From assembly GCA_000708835.1 (NCBI GenBank), contig DF237005.1:1-37258 (forward strand): a DNA stretch of 37,258 nucleotides. Reading direction: 5' to 3'. The translations under genes and the position numbers were made by a program. The notes beneath the pieces are model-generated. The model had not been told where the DNA came from. It made no database searches and was given only the letters and a program-made list of their open reading frames with translations. This stretch comes from Klebsormidium nitens. Lineage: Eukaryota > Plantae > Klebsormidiophyceae. This document shows positions 1 through 11,100 of the stretch, in pieces. Position 1 is the stretch's first letter. Each line of letters starts with the position of its first letter.

Positions 1-1527
1 CTAAGAAACGTTTCCGGCCAGATGATTTTCTTAGGTAGGTAGAACCGCTGGTACGGCAGCTGACTTTAATAGGTTCAAGTTATTACTCCAGTCCCCTTCG
101 CATTAATTGTGCATACAGTATCCTAGCTTCCGGTTCGATTCTTTCGCGGTAGCGTCACAGCTTGTAAACGTCATCGTGAAAGTGATTGCCTCTTCGGCAA
201 GCTAGGTCCAGTTTCTTTCAACCTTGTAGGAAACACGAAGCAAGGGCCATCGATATCCGAGCCCGAACCACAACGCCACTGGCCCTCATGCGGCACACAT
301 GCGGCATAGGAAACTACTTGTGCCCAAAAGTCAAGGTCAAAACCTCGGGCTTCCTTGCCGCCAAAGGCGCCTGGATTTCAAGAATACTCCAATATTCGAT
401 CCGTGTGCCGCGGATAATATAGGTAGGTAGATGTACGTGCTGGTGATCACCAGAATGCACCACGAAATGATATGTTTTAATCAAGTCTTAACAAGCGCGC
501 ACGTCGCGCTCGTTACACATATTGGTACTAGAACGAGTCCTGTTCAAGCGAAGTATGGTGGATTTGGCAGGAATATATGGGAGACCGTATCGGTCGAAAT
601 CAGCATATGGTTCAACATCTGACAACGAATCATTTACGAGAATGAAAGACGTCTTAGCCTTTACTTGGTGAATCTCATACCGGCAAACATATATCTCCAC
701 AAAGCAACACACGTTTTGTTTCTCTTCATGCGAACTTGAATATTCAATTGTCTGGTGCTTTCCGTGGAGAGGAGAAGCCCGTTTTCAATGATCAGTATAG
801 AGCGCCTATAGAGCGCCGCTAAATCTGCTTACATCAGACGTCCAAACTTGCCTGGCCATGCCAGTCACGATTCCCCGAGCTGAACTTTCCATTGGCTTTC
901 TTGGCCACATCATCGATCTCGATCGAATCGCTCGAGAATCTCCTCATTCTGAAAACTTTTCACTTGCTGGCCACTATCTGTCCACTAATGAAAAAAAAAG
1001 AACCTAACTGAAAACGCAAAACAGCCCGAAGGATTTCCTTATGGACAACTTAGGTACATCGAGGTCGTGCACGACTATGCAAGTCTAAATGATCTATACC
1101 CGAACGTGAGGTTGAGACAGCTGCAAAGGTGACTGCGCCATGCCGAAAATCAGCTTTCTACACTCCCACACTCTCGTGTAACTCCGTTCGATGTAAGCGA
1201 CTCTACACAGACGAAAAATCTCATGGAGCTATAGGACAGAAAGAGTCAACAACAGCGGAGAAAGCAATTGACTCGTGTCCGTGTCCCGTGTCCTGTGTTC
1301 AGATACGGTTCCGCAATGGGACCGCATCACACCCCTTCCACTTCTCTATCACACCGGCCATAGGGTCGTAGGTTGGTCTTTTTACCACATCTGTCTGCGA
1401 TCAGCTCCCTCCCGCGGTTTAAGGTCTGCCTGAAGTTCTCACACTCAAGGAAGCTTTCATTCACATGTCACTCAGTCCTAGTACTCCACTCTCTGACCCT
1501 GCGTCAAGTCGCGTCTTGGACAGCTTG

Positions 1528-2175
1528 TCAAGAAACGTTGCTGATTGGCGCGGACCCCACCTGCGCACCTTCATCTCGGCTCCGTTCCAATACTTCCGGA
1601 GGCTTCCGCAGCGGTTCTGGGTGATCCGACTCCGGCGCACTGGCTGGTTGATCTTTAGACGGACCGACCGGTGACAAGTGGTCGGGATCTGCCCCCGCCG
1701 GTGAGACGGCGCCTGGAGGCATAAACCGGGACACGTCACCGGGGCTCTCGCTAGCTGGTGCCTCCCTAGGGGGTATGACCCGGGACACGTCTTTGTCGGG
1801 ATCTGCCTCGGCTGGTGGATCTGTGGGGGACCGGAACCGGGACACGAGAGTGGGGTGTGTTTTAGCTGGTCCGTCTGCCGGGGAATGGAAGCGGAGAACG
1901 GAACCGAAATCGGAATGTTCTTTGGCTAATTGGTCCCCCTGGGGACGGAACTGGGGAACGGAACGGGAACCGGAATGTTCTTTGGCTGGTTCGTCCCCCG
2001 GGGGACGGAACCGGCCCGCCCAGCCCGTCGTGAGGCCCTGCATTTGGTCGCCGTTCGCCCCGGCCTGGGCTGCCCGGTTGACGAGGCACTTCCGGAAGGA
2101 GAAGTCTTCCGAGGAGCCGTCGGTCCTGAGGACGTGGAAGCACCGGTCGCTTTGGCCCTTCGGGGCGCGGTCGAC
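1528..2175 (-). CDS. NRPD1/NRPE1: Pol IV/V subunit last exon (E22): C-terminal half of DeCL/DUF3223 plus Pro-rich repeat tail
   Basis: Acceptor ttccag|GTCGAC; VDRAPKGQSDRCFHVLRTDGSSEDFSFRKCL matches the DeCL consensus (RCF.V...DG...DFS.RKC); stop TGA at 1528-1530. Confidence 0.88.
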   Translation of the reverse strand, partial: VDRAPKGQSDRCFHVLRTDGSSEDFSFRKCLVNRAAQAGANGDQMQGLTTGWAGRFRPPGDEPAKEHSGSRSVPQFRPQGDQLAKEHSDFGSVLRFHSPADGPAKTHPTLVSRFRSPTDPPAEADPDKDVSRVIPPREAPASESPGDVSRFMPPGAVSPAGADPDHLSPVGPSKDQPASAPESDHPEPLRKPPEVLERSRDEGAQVGSAPISNVS

Positions 2176-5100
2176 CTGGAAGAAGTCAGAGAGAAAGTGC
2201 GGTTTGTGTGACATTTCCGCGACGTTATGCGGTCCATAGGCAGATGTGCAGATATGATACCAGACCCAGTTTAAGTGTACGTTCTCAAACTGCGCTTGCC
2301 TGCAATTTGTTCGCGATATGCAACTGTCAGCCGGCCGTCGTTGCAGAAGAGAATCGGACTTTCAAGCCGTTCCGGCTACATCTTTCACAACTTTCAGAAC
2401 AACCTGGGTAAGAGCCACTTAACTTAGAAAGCTTCAAGTGGGTTGCCCGAGTCGAAATCACAAAGCAACTTGAATTTCAAAAGAGGGGGCCCGAATGCAT
2501 ACGACGCGAGCCTTCGATCGTGAGCCCTATGTAGCCAATTTCCGAACTTATCCTGGGCTCCCTACAATGCCAAATCGACTGATCAATTCCCACCTTGATT
2601 GCCTCGACCCCACACCCAATCTTCTCCGCGGCCTTCTCGTGATACGCCAAAAGCTCCTCAAGCACGAACTGCTGGTCCTCGGGAGACAGCCGCTCGGAGA
2701 TCTCGTACCTGGAGGAAACAACGTAGTAGGCGTGTGAGCCGGTTGTCCCAGGGGAAGCTTGCTGAGGATCAAGAATTGCAAGCGTCGGGGAATCTTGTTA
2801 TGGGATACGTTAAGAGTAATAGAGTCCGAAACAGACTCGTGAGCGTAAACGAGAGTGACGCATCGAAACGCGGAGGTTCCAAGGAACGGATTGAGAGTTG
2901 GTCGACGTCAAGGCAAGATAAGGGGAATTCATTCAGAAACAATCGACAGAGACTTGTAACTCGAGGAGCTCCTCGAGAGAAAGCGTCGATTGGAAAGCAA
3001 GTTTGGAAGTTCGATATAAAGGCCTCTCAATTCAGACCTCTTTCACGATGCTCGAGAGAATCTTAAAAGCCACAGGTCCGCAATTCAGCAGCACTTTGAC
3101 CTTGGGAAACAACTCGCTGATGATTGGACTGCACCCTGACAAGCGTCACAAGCTGGAAGCCACATATGCCGGAATATCTGGGAATTCACTCCAGATTCTG
3201 TGCAAATCTCAACCCTCAGCGAATCAATCAAGCTCTGCGCATGCACGACGCTGCCAGCCATCGACGGCTGTTATTTTGTAATAGCCAAAGCTGCCGAAAG
3301 CTTCTCGAGCGAAGCCGTCTGAAAACGAGATCACACTACGATTTCAACCACCTGTCAGTCTCTCCCCTAAGAGGCACAGCCTCCATTAGCGTTGAATACA
3401 GAGAGCTTTACTTACCGGCGCAGAATCGTGCTTGCCCAGTTCCGTTTCGCCCTCAAATCCGTCACGAGCGGATCATCCTCTGACCCATGCCCAGAGAGCC
3501 TCTCCCGTTTCCCCTCCCTTTCCCCCGGGCGAATCTGCCCCCCCTGCCCCGCCTCATCTCGGCTCGTTTCCTCGGGCCTCTGTCTCTTCTCAGATCTCTC
3601 TTCCGCCGTTCCGGTGAGCCCTTGACCGGAATCTCCTCGTTCTGCTTCAGCTCCTCGCACTCGCTTCCCGTGGTTGTCTCCAACCGAGGCCCCTTTTCGG
3701 GCGACCTCGTCCGTTCTCTCCCACCCGTTTGATTTCCCCTGGTCGCCCTTCCAGGCGCTTCTAATTTCGTCGCCGTCTTTCCCGGTGTCCCACCCGGTAG
3801 CTCCGCCCCCCGTTCCCCATGCCCCCAGGCTCGCCTCCTCTTCCGACGGACCAGTTACTGCCTGCCACGTGGCGTCCTCAGGCGCCGCCCAAACCATCTC
3901 CTCCACTTCTGTCGAAGTCTTCTCCTTCTCGATTATTCGTGACTCGTTTTTCGCTCTCTTCGATTCCCCTTCGTTTTTAAGCTCTGAATTCTGCCCTCCT
4001 TCCGCTGCTCGTTCTTCAGGACCTTCCGGAAAATGCCCCCCCTCTAGTTCTTCGGCACCCCACCCAGCCGGCGACCCCCAACCGCTGCCCGCTTCTTCCT
4101 TAGTACAAGCACCCCGGGCGGTTTCGTCTGGAGCACTCCCTCCGGGAGAAACGACCGGCTGTTGTTCCGCCGCTGCTGAGGCGTGTTCCGGCGGAACGTT
4201 TGGTGGACCAGTCTCGCTCCCTGGCCTTCTCTCGAGACAACTTTCCGGTGTATTCCAACCAGTCCCCGATCTGTTCGCCGGGCTTTTCACTTGATGAGGC
4301 TCGATGGATATGCCCCACCCGGTCGCTCCAACCGGGTTCCCCCACCCACTCTCGTTAGCTGGCCCTCGTTCAAGAGGAGTTTCCACCGACTTCCAGCCAG
4401 TCCCAGCATTGTTTACGGTTTGCGCGGGCTCGGTATTAAGGTTCCAACCGGTCCCTTCAACTGGATCTCCCCAACCAGAGCCAGGATCTTCCTTCCAATT
4501 GGACTTTCCGGCAGCTGCTGACACATCTTCCGGGCTTCTGTTCCGATCACTCTCTTTAGCTGGCCCTCTCTGAAGAGGAGCTTCTGATCCGTTCCAACCA
4601 GTGCCAGACTTGTTTCCCGCTTTCTTAGGCTCCCTGGGAATGTCCCACCCGGTCCCTTCAACCGGTTCGTCCCAGCCGGAGCCAGGGTCTTTGTTCCGGT
4701 CAGATTCCGCCGGAGCGCCCCAGCCGGTGGCAGTCTCCGGGCCGTCGCGGTTGGCCTGGGGCGATGCTGGAGCGCTGGTGTGGGTAGCAGACCAAGGCTG
4801 CTGGACATGGGATGATTGATAAGACGGCCAGAAAGCTCTTCGAGTTTGTTTGATGTCTCGGACCTAGCTTGTGAAAGGTCTAGGATTCAAACAATAGGAA
4901 GGAAGGAAAGCCATCAGTGGTGTGAATGCGATGTTAGCAGGAGCCGTGATGGGTGGGGAAAAAGTCCAGAACCTCGCGAAGGCTTCACCCGTTGTCAAGC
5001 GAGTCTCGAAGATGCTATCAAAAAAATTCAGAACACGGGGACGCTCGTTGACACTTGTCTAACGGCACATGTGACCGTAAAATGCGAGAGCCCTGTTTTG

Positions 5101-8100
5101 AACGATCAGAAGACTCATGTAGGCATGGAGTGCGGCGAAGGACGATCGATGCTGACGAATCAGGTCAACAGATCTTACATGCTCCGCAGCCCCAGTCTTC
5201 CTTCCGTCCCGCCACGGCATCGCCTTTCCCGGCGACCAGATTCCATCTCCGACCTGCTCTTGGTCGCCCATCTGCTGCTTCTCCTGGCCCGACGTGGCCG
5301 CGCGCTCCTGCGCCGCGCGCGCCTGCGCGATGCGCTCCTGCGGAACGGCCGCGCGCGCCGCGCGAGGGTTTGGGAGTAGCGCGAACCCGCCGCCCGTTCC
5401 CGACGCGACGGGCAGCCCCAGCCCCGCGCGCGCGCTCGGCTGCGTGAGCGCGTCTCTCTGGCCGGCATATGCCGCGTCCGTCAGGATTTTCGGCGCGCTC
5501 TTATTCTGCAACGAAAACGAACCGGAGGTTGGAGCGTTTGATCTCCGCGGCATCTGGAAGAGCTGGTTCCGAGTTTTGGATACGAGAAGAGTAGCCTGAA
5601 AGAATGCCAAACGCGCCAGAAATGACAAATTGGGTAGAATTTCGGTCAAAGCTTCCAGGCCAAATAAGAGAGCTTTCAATATCGAGTTCACGGACTTTTG
5701 CAGGAGGGCACTTGTTTCGCAGGGGCTCAGCCTTGAAGTAATTCGCCGCGGCTTTGAAACAGATTATGTGCGCTCAGATGCCAGTCAAACAATTCTATGG
5801 AAGGACCACGCCCGCACGGATTCTCTGCCAAGGCGGGCTGTAGCAGACCTCCTGTTCGCTATTGATCGTTCCACTCAGGGTTACGGATATTCAGTCTCTT
5901 CCAAAGCGTTTCTACATCCACTCATACCTCTTCTGACTTTTTTTCGAGTCAGTTTTACTGTCATTCTTGCGATGAGTCTTCGATCCTGGTTTCTGAAATC
6001 AATTGATTATAAATTCCGTCTGTGGCTTGACTACCCGTTACCTCTCACCCCCCAAAACATGAGAGATATGAAGAACCTCACCTCTTTCCGGTATATCGCT
6101 CTGGAGAGCGGCGGAATGGAAAGCTTCATCCGGGCGCGATGCTCTTTGTAGCCGTTCATATTCAGCGAGAGCACCTTCCCCGAGGCCGTCATCTTGTCGG
6201 CGACCAGCTCCAGGTGCTTGCGGTCCACCTTGTCGCCGTACACTTCTTGCAAATCCTGAAGAGTCATCAGGAACGCTTTTCGTGCTGTTGCAAAACCGGT
6301 CCCAGAAGGAGGAGTTGTATGTCTGGGCGACAGAAGGAGTCGTTCAATCGTGCCGAGTTTGGGTTTGATTGAGGATGCCGAGGCAGTCTCTATCATACTC
6401 CGTAGATTCTTGAAGATGTCTCTGACTAGAGCTGGCTTGGTTGGCAGCAAGATTCAAGTCCATCAGAAGTTGAGTGAAGTGTAGTGGTGTGTATCGCGAC
6501 AAGAGACGGAACAGAAGCTCGTCCAAGGCTCTCTGATCTGCCGTCCGATGCATCTAGTTGAGGCCCAATGCCTCTTCACCAAATCAAGACAAGCGCGCGC
6601 AGAAGAATCTCGAGAACCCTGACGAGATTGTGCACGCATCGAGTGTTGGCTTGTCTTCCTCAGAAACTGTGCACGTTCGTAGAAGCTAGAGTTTGGAAGA
6701 CCTCAAGGAGATGAGGCCCTCGCCATGAACGGAACTGCAAGGATCGAGGACGTCGATAAGCTACTGTTGTCGAATATCCCTCACCTCGACGAGGGCCGCT
6801 TGCGCCGCCTCGATGCCCAGGCTTTCCGCCACGTCCTCACAGTCTTCCGGTCTCGACCGGAACGGATCCATCAGCTCAGAAGCATCGATGTCAAGCCCCT
6901 CAGTTTGCAAGTCCTCTAACCGACCACTTCCGTCCTTTACTGACGCCTCCTCATCCGAGGCATCTTCTTCTTCGCTGTCCGAGTTAAAGAAGCTCTTGGG
7001 CCATACTCTTCTGCTTCCGCTCTCCGCTCCCTCTCTCTTTCCGGTCCTTCCCGTTCCGCCCACTTCCCCCCTTCCGCCGGAATCATCGCCAGCCTCGTGC
7101 CGGAACGGCGGAACCTTCGCCACCGCCAGGAAAGCGAGTCCGAGCGGCGACTGTTCTTGAGCATTCGGTACTTTCTGCAAATACTCGCGCTCGTAGTTCC
7201 TCAAACCCTGCTTAAGTTCTGCGGGGGACATTTCGCCATTCTTGTTCGCGCCGATCTTCGGTTTCGGCGGCCGCTCTACCGTGACGGTGAGGCCGCGCGC
7301 CCCGTGCGCGCGCGCAGGAGCCGCGGTCGCGGAGGCCACCCAAGAAGACCCTGGCAAAGCGAAACGGCCAGTTCGTTCGATGTAAAGGGCGTTCTTCATT
7401 GATTTGCATCAAAGATACACTATGGATGCACCGTTAGATCTGCGGGCGAAGAGGACTTCCATCATGTCTGGATTACGACCGCAATCTCTCTTACAGCTGA
7501 GACAGCAAAAGGGATCTGAAAGTATTTCGGCTACTCGGGTCTGTCGGCAGAGGTTCGAGACAAGGACTTCAACTTATATTGTGTGTTCCTATGTTTTGAA
7601 ACACAACGAAGGGCCAAGAGCAACCAGTACTGACATTTCGAATGCACATATGTTTGACTTGTCATCGGGCCAGGAAAGTTGCCAAGCTGCCTTTACTGCA
7701 CAATCCAGCGAACCAAACCTTTTCAATGCAATCTGGAGCGATTACTATGCGAGTCAGGCTCAATTCGACTTTGGGTCAAGTCTGTGAAATGGTTTGAACA
7801 AATTGATGTCTCTGAAAGATGCGACCCAAACTCCAAGTATGTCGTTTCAAGAAGAGCGAAAGAGAATGCGCGCCAACCTCCAATGTTCGTCTCCAGCACC
7901 TCGCGCACTTTGCTCTCAAACCTCTCCATGCGCTTGTCGAACGGCGCGTCCTTGCGCGTCCACCACCCGAGCAGCGCGCGCACCACCAGGCGCCGCGGGT
8001 CGTCGACGAGAGCCTGGTTCCGCCTCCTACAAGAGTTATCTTCTGCTAGTTTAATAGCTAATCGGTTATTTAAGCACTCTTCTCTCGTTTTCAAAATCGT

Positions 8101-11100
8101 CATCACAGGGACGTTTAACTGCTAACCAGGCTGATTGCAGGACTTGAGTCTTCGATTTTTCAGCACATAGCCGTTCTAAACCTCGTTGCAAGGCTGGATT
8201 TGACCACCAAAGTCTGGTTGTTAGACATGTATCCACTTTCTAACCATCCAATAACCAGTCGAAAGCTATCCATGGTCAAGGGCCACATACTCCAGTGAAT
8301 CACTGGAAACAAGAACACTCGGCTGTGGCGATGTCTCTCACAAGCAAGAGGCTGGAATTGCCATTCTCGGTTCAAATACCCGTCAAAACGGACTCAAGTA
8401 AGCATTGCAAGGTACTATCAGAACAAGAAGGACGAGCTCTGCGCCAAGCCGCAAAACCTGTCCGTCGATTCCTGCCCAAAGGGTGATGATCAGTTGGTCT
8501 TTCTGATATTCGTGGCGGAGCGCTGTTTGCTTTTTGTCTTCAAGTTTCGTAGATTCTCACCGTTTTGGAGGACTGGAGATGGAGTCTTCCACGGGTTGGG
8601 GTACTTGCGGAAAGTCGACAGAGAACTCCTCTGGAAGCATTTCTTCGGCTCTTTCCGCCAAAGTCTGGAGCTCATATGCGGCCGGCGCGTTGCCGTCGTC
8701 TTTCTGCCGCCGTTTGGCCGCCAGAGTTGACCGCAGGCATTCAGCGACGTGGCCCTGGGAAAGTACCGTGATGTTATGTGATAGAGCACCTTCGATGGCG
8801 AAAGAATTTTGTGAAACCTTTCCGGCAAACTTAAGGTTACCTGCTAAACAGCACCGAAACGACCGTTTTCGCTTGAAGTAGTCGCTGACAAGTTCGGCAG
8901 GGCAATGTATCAACTAGCAGTACGGTGGTATCGACCGTACGGTTGAAAAAGGTCAGCGCCCGGGGGACGGGTGGGGATACTTTAGGGATTTGAGCAAGTC
9001 CCTCAGGAATACTGCAAGCATCCTAGACTTTCTTCATCTCTTCTTCTTTTGGATTTGTCGGATGTCACGCAAGCCTTTCTACTGGAAGTAAATTCACCTG
9101 TGCTCAGATCGAGCGAGCTCCCGACCTTGCGAGGTCTAGGCGGCAATTTCCGTAATGTTTAAATGACCGTAACCCGGTTCTGAAGCCCCCCGCGCCCCGA
9201 TCGCAAAAAATGTCAGAATTGCTCTCTACGGGGCCAGTGGGTCAAGACAGGTCAAGATGGTGTACCTCAGAGAAAGAATTGAAGATCCAAGATGAGTATA
9301 ATCCCCAAGTGACAGAACATCGCGAACCCAAATACTTACCTGCTCCGCAACCCTACCCACCCCTAAAGCCCCAAACGAACCCTTACCGTTCGCTTACCTC
9401 ATTACGTCAACTTGACATCGAGTTTCTTGATTTTGGGTCAAGTGTAGGATAAGCCGAGACAAGAAAGGATTCGATGCGAACTAAGTTAGCAAGAAGGAAG
9501 AGGGGCTGCGCGGTCTTACCGAGTCGCGCAGCTCAAGGATTGCCAGGGCCGGAGCCGCGTTCATATCCAAGACCAGATTTGGGAGCCTAACGCCACGTGT
9601 CGATCCGTCGACCTCTAGCCACGTGTACGACGTCAGTGTCAAGGTGGGACGATCCTCCTTGAGCATGCGCCTGGGTGGAGTAGGCAAAGCATGAGGAGAA
9701 GAGTTTTGAAAACAGCCCAAAAGGTCGGAACTGGCAGACATCGCAGTTTTTCTCCACGCGTTTCAAAGAGAGCGAAGGAAACCGGTGTCAATTGCGTGAA
9801 GAAATCCCTACGGAGATGCGCAAAGTGTAATCTGCGTGCTGAATAGATGATTCAATACCTATCTCTGATGACAGAAGTATTAGTCCACTTAAGCAAACAA
9901 ACCACGATCTATTCCTAATCTTTCAACGCATCCCAGCCTGCTGGAATCAATCAAACCCAGCCCGCTGAATCGATCAAACGTACGGTCTACTCAGACGGCT
10001 CCAGTTGTCGATCGAGGGTACGACTGAGAGACGTTGATTGCTCCTCACACGACGCGCCACGAGGCGACCGCGGCCTCCAAAGAGCGCGGCCGCAGATGCC
10101 GCTCGAAGTGTGCGCACACGCGCGCGCGGAGGGGCGTGAGGAGGGCGCCACGCGCGTCGGGCGGCTGGAGCGCTAGGTTGACGGCTGTGGTCTTCCCTTT
10201 CAGAGGGTCTCGCTTCAAGGTAAGAATATCCTGCAAACAGAATCGGCAAGAAATTTCTCAAAAGTCCGGACACCGGCAAAATATCTTCCATCAAGGTACC
10301 TTTTTGACCAGGACACACCAAAAGTGTAATTTGAGTCATCTTGACTACTCAGCGAGTTCGCAATTCGCAACGTGCACACTCATGAGTCCGATGAGGCCAT
10401 TAAGCTCAAGTAAGGGAAAGTGAAAAGGTAATGATCGGATCAATCTCATCAATCAGTTTGAAGTTTAGAGACACTGCCTTTAAGAGTCGGCCAGATTGAT
10501 ACGCAGATTGCGGCTCCCTTCGTACCACCAGCAAATGTAGAGAAAATAACACCCTGTGCATGCGTGCAGTATTTGGTCGAAACCTGAACCATTCCAAGAC
10601 TGTTCTTGTGAGCGAAAGGAAGAAATCCAATCTCGTTTTCTATTCCTGCTCTCCCAAACGATCGAATTACATCCTAGCGATCATTGCAATATGAACCGCC
10701 AGTACATGAAACACGACGAAATGTGTTTTTACTCGCCTTAACTCGTCGCGCCACGTCTAGTACCCCGCCACCCGGCCGCTTCACCGCGTCCAAAACCCCC
10801 TGCGCCAGCGGCTCCGCGAGCGCGTGCGCGGCCGCGGCTCCGACGGCATCGCCCGCTTCCGGAAAGCCCCACGTCCCTGGAATTCCGTCGTCCCAGGTTC
10901 CTTCCGCCGGAACGTCCGGAATACCGCCAAACGTCGGGTTCTCGTCATCGCACGGGTCCGACTGCATAGGCTCCGTCTCGCATTCCGCTTCCGGTCCAAG
11001 CGGTGACGTCTCTTCCGCTGTAGGGTCACCGAAACTCTTCTCCGTGGGTTCCCCGTCCCCTTTCCCGCCGGAATCCGCGCGCGCCTTTGCGAACTCCCCC

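Noticed and set aside
171-370. Minus-strand frame reading GAFGGKEARG..., reminiscent of the xanthine dehydrogenase GGFGGKE motif
   Set aside because: Only a 7-residue resemblance; the flanking sequence does not match XDH and I could not link consistent exons. It may still be an exon of an unidentified gene.
2083-3476. Stand-alone DCL/DOMINO-like DUF3223 gene
   Set aside because: The DeCL exons splice in frame to the CTD exon; no separate start or transit peptide is needed.
8605-8754. Shorter E15 ending at CAA|gtaccc
   Set aside because: This gives phase 0, which hits a stop in E16; the downstream donor CG|gtgaga (8561) restores the frame.
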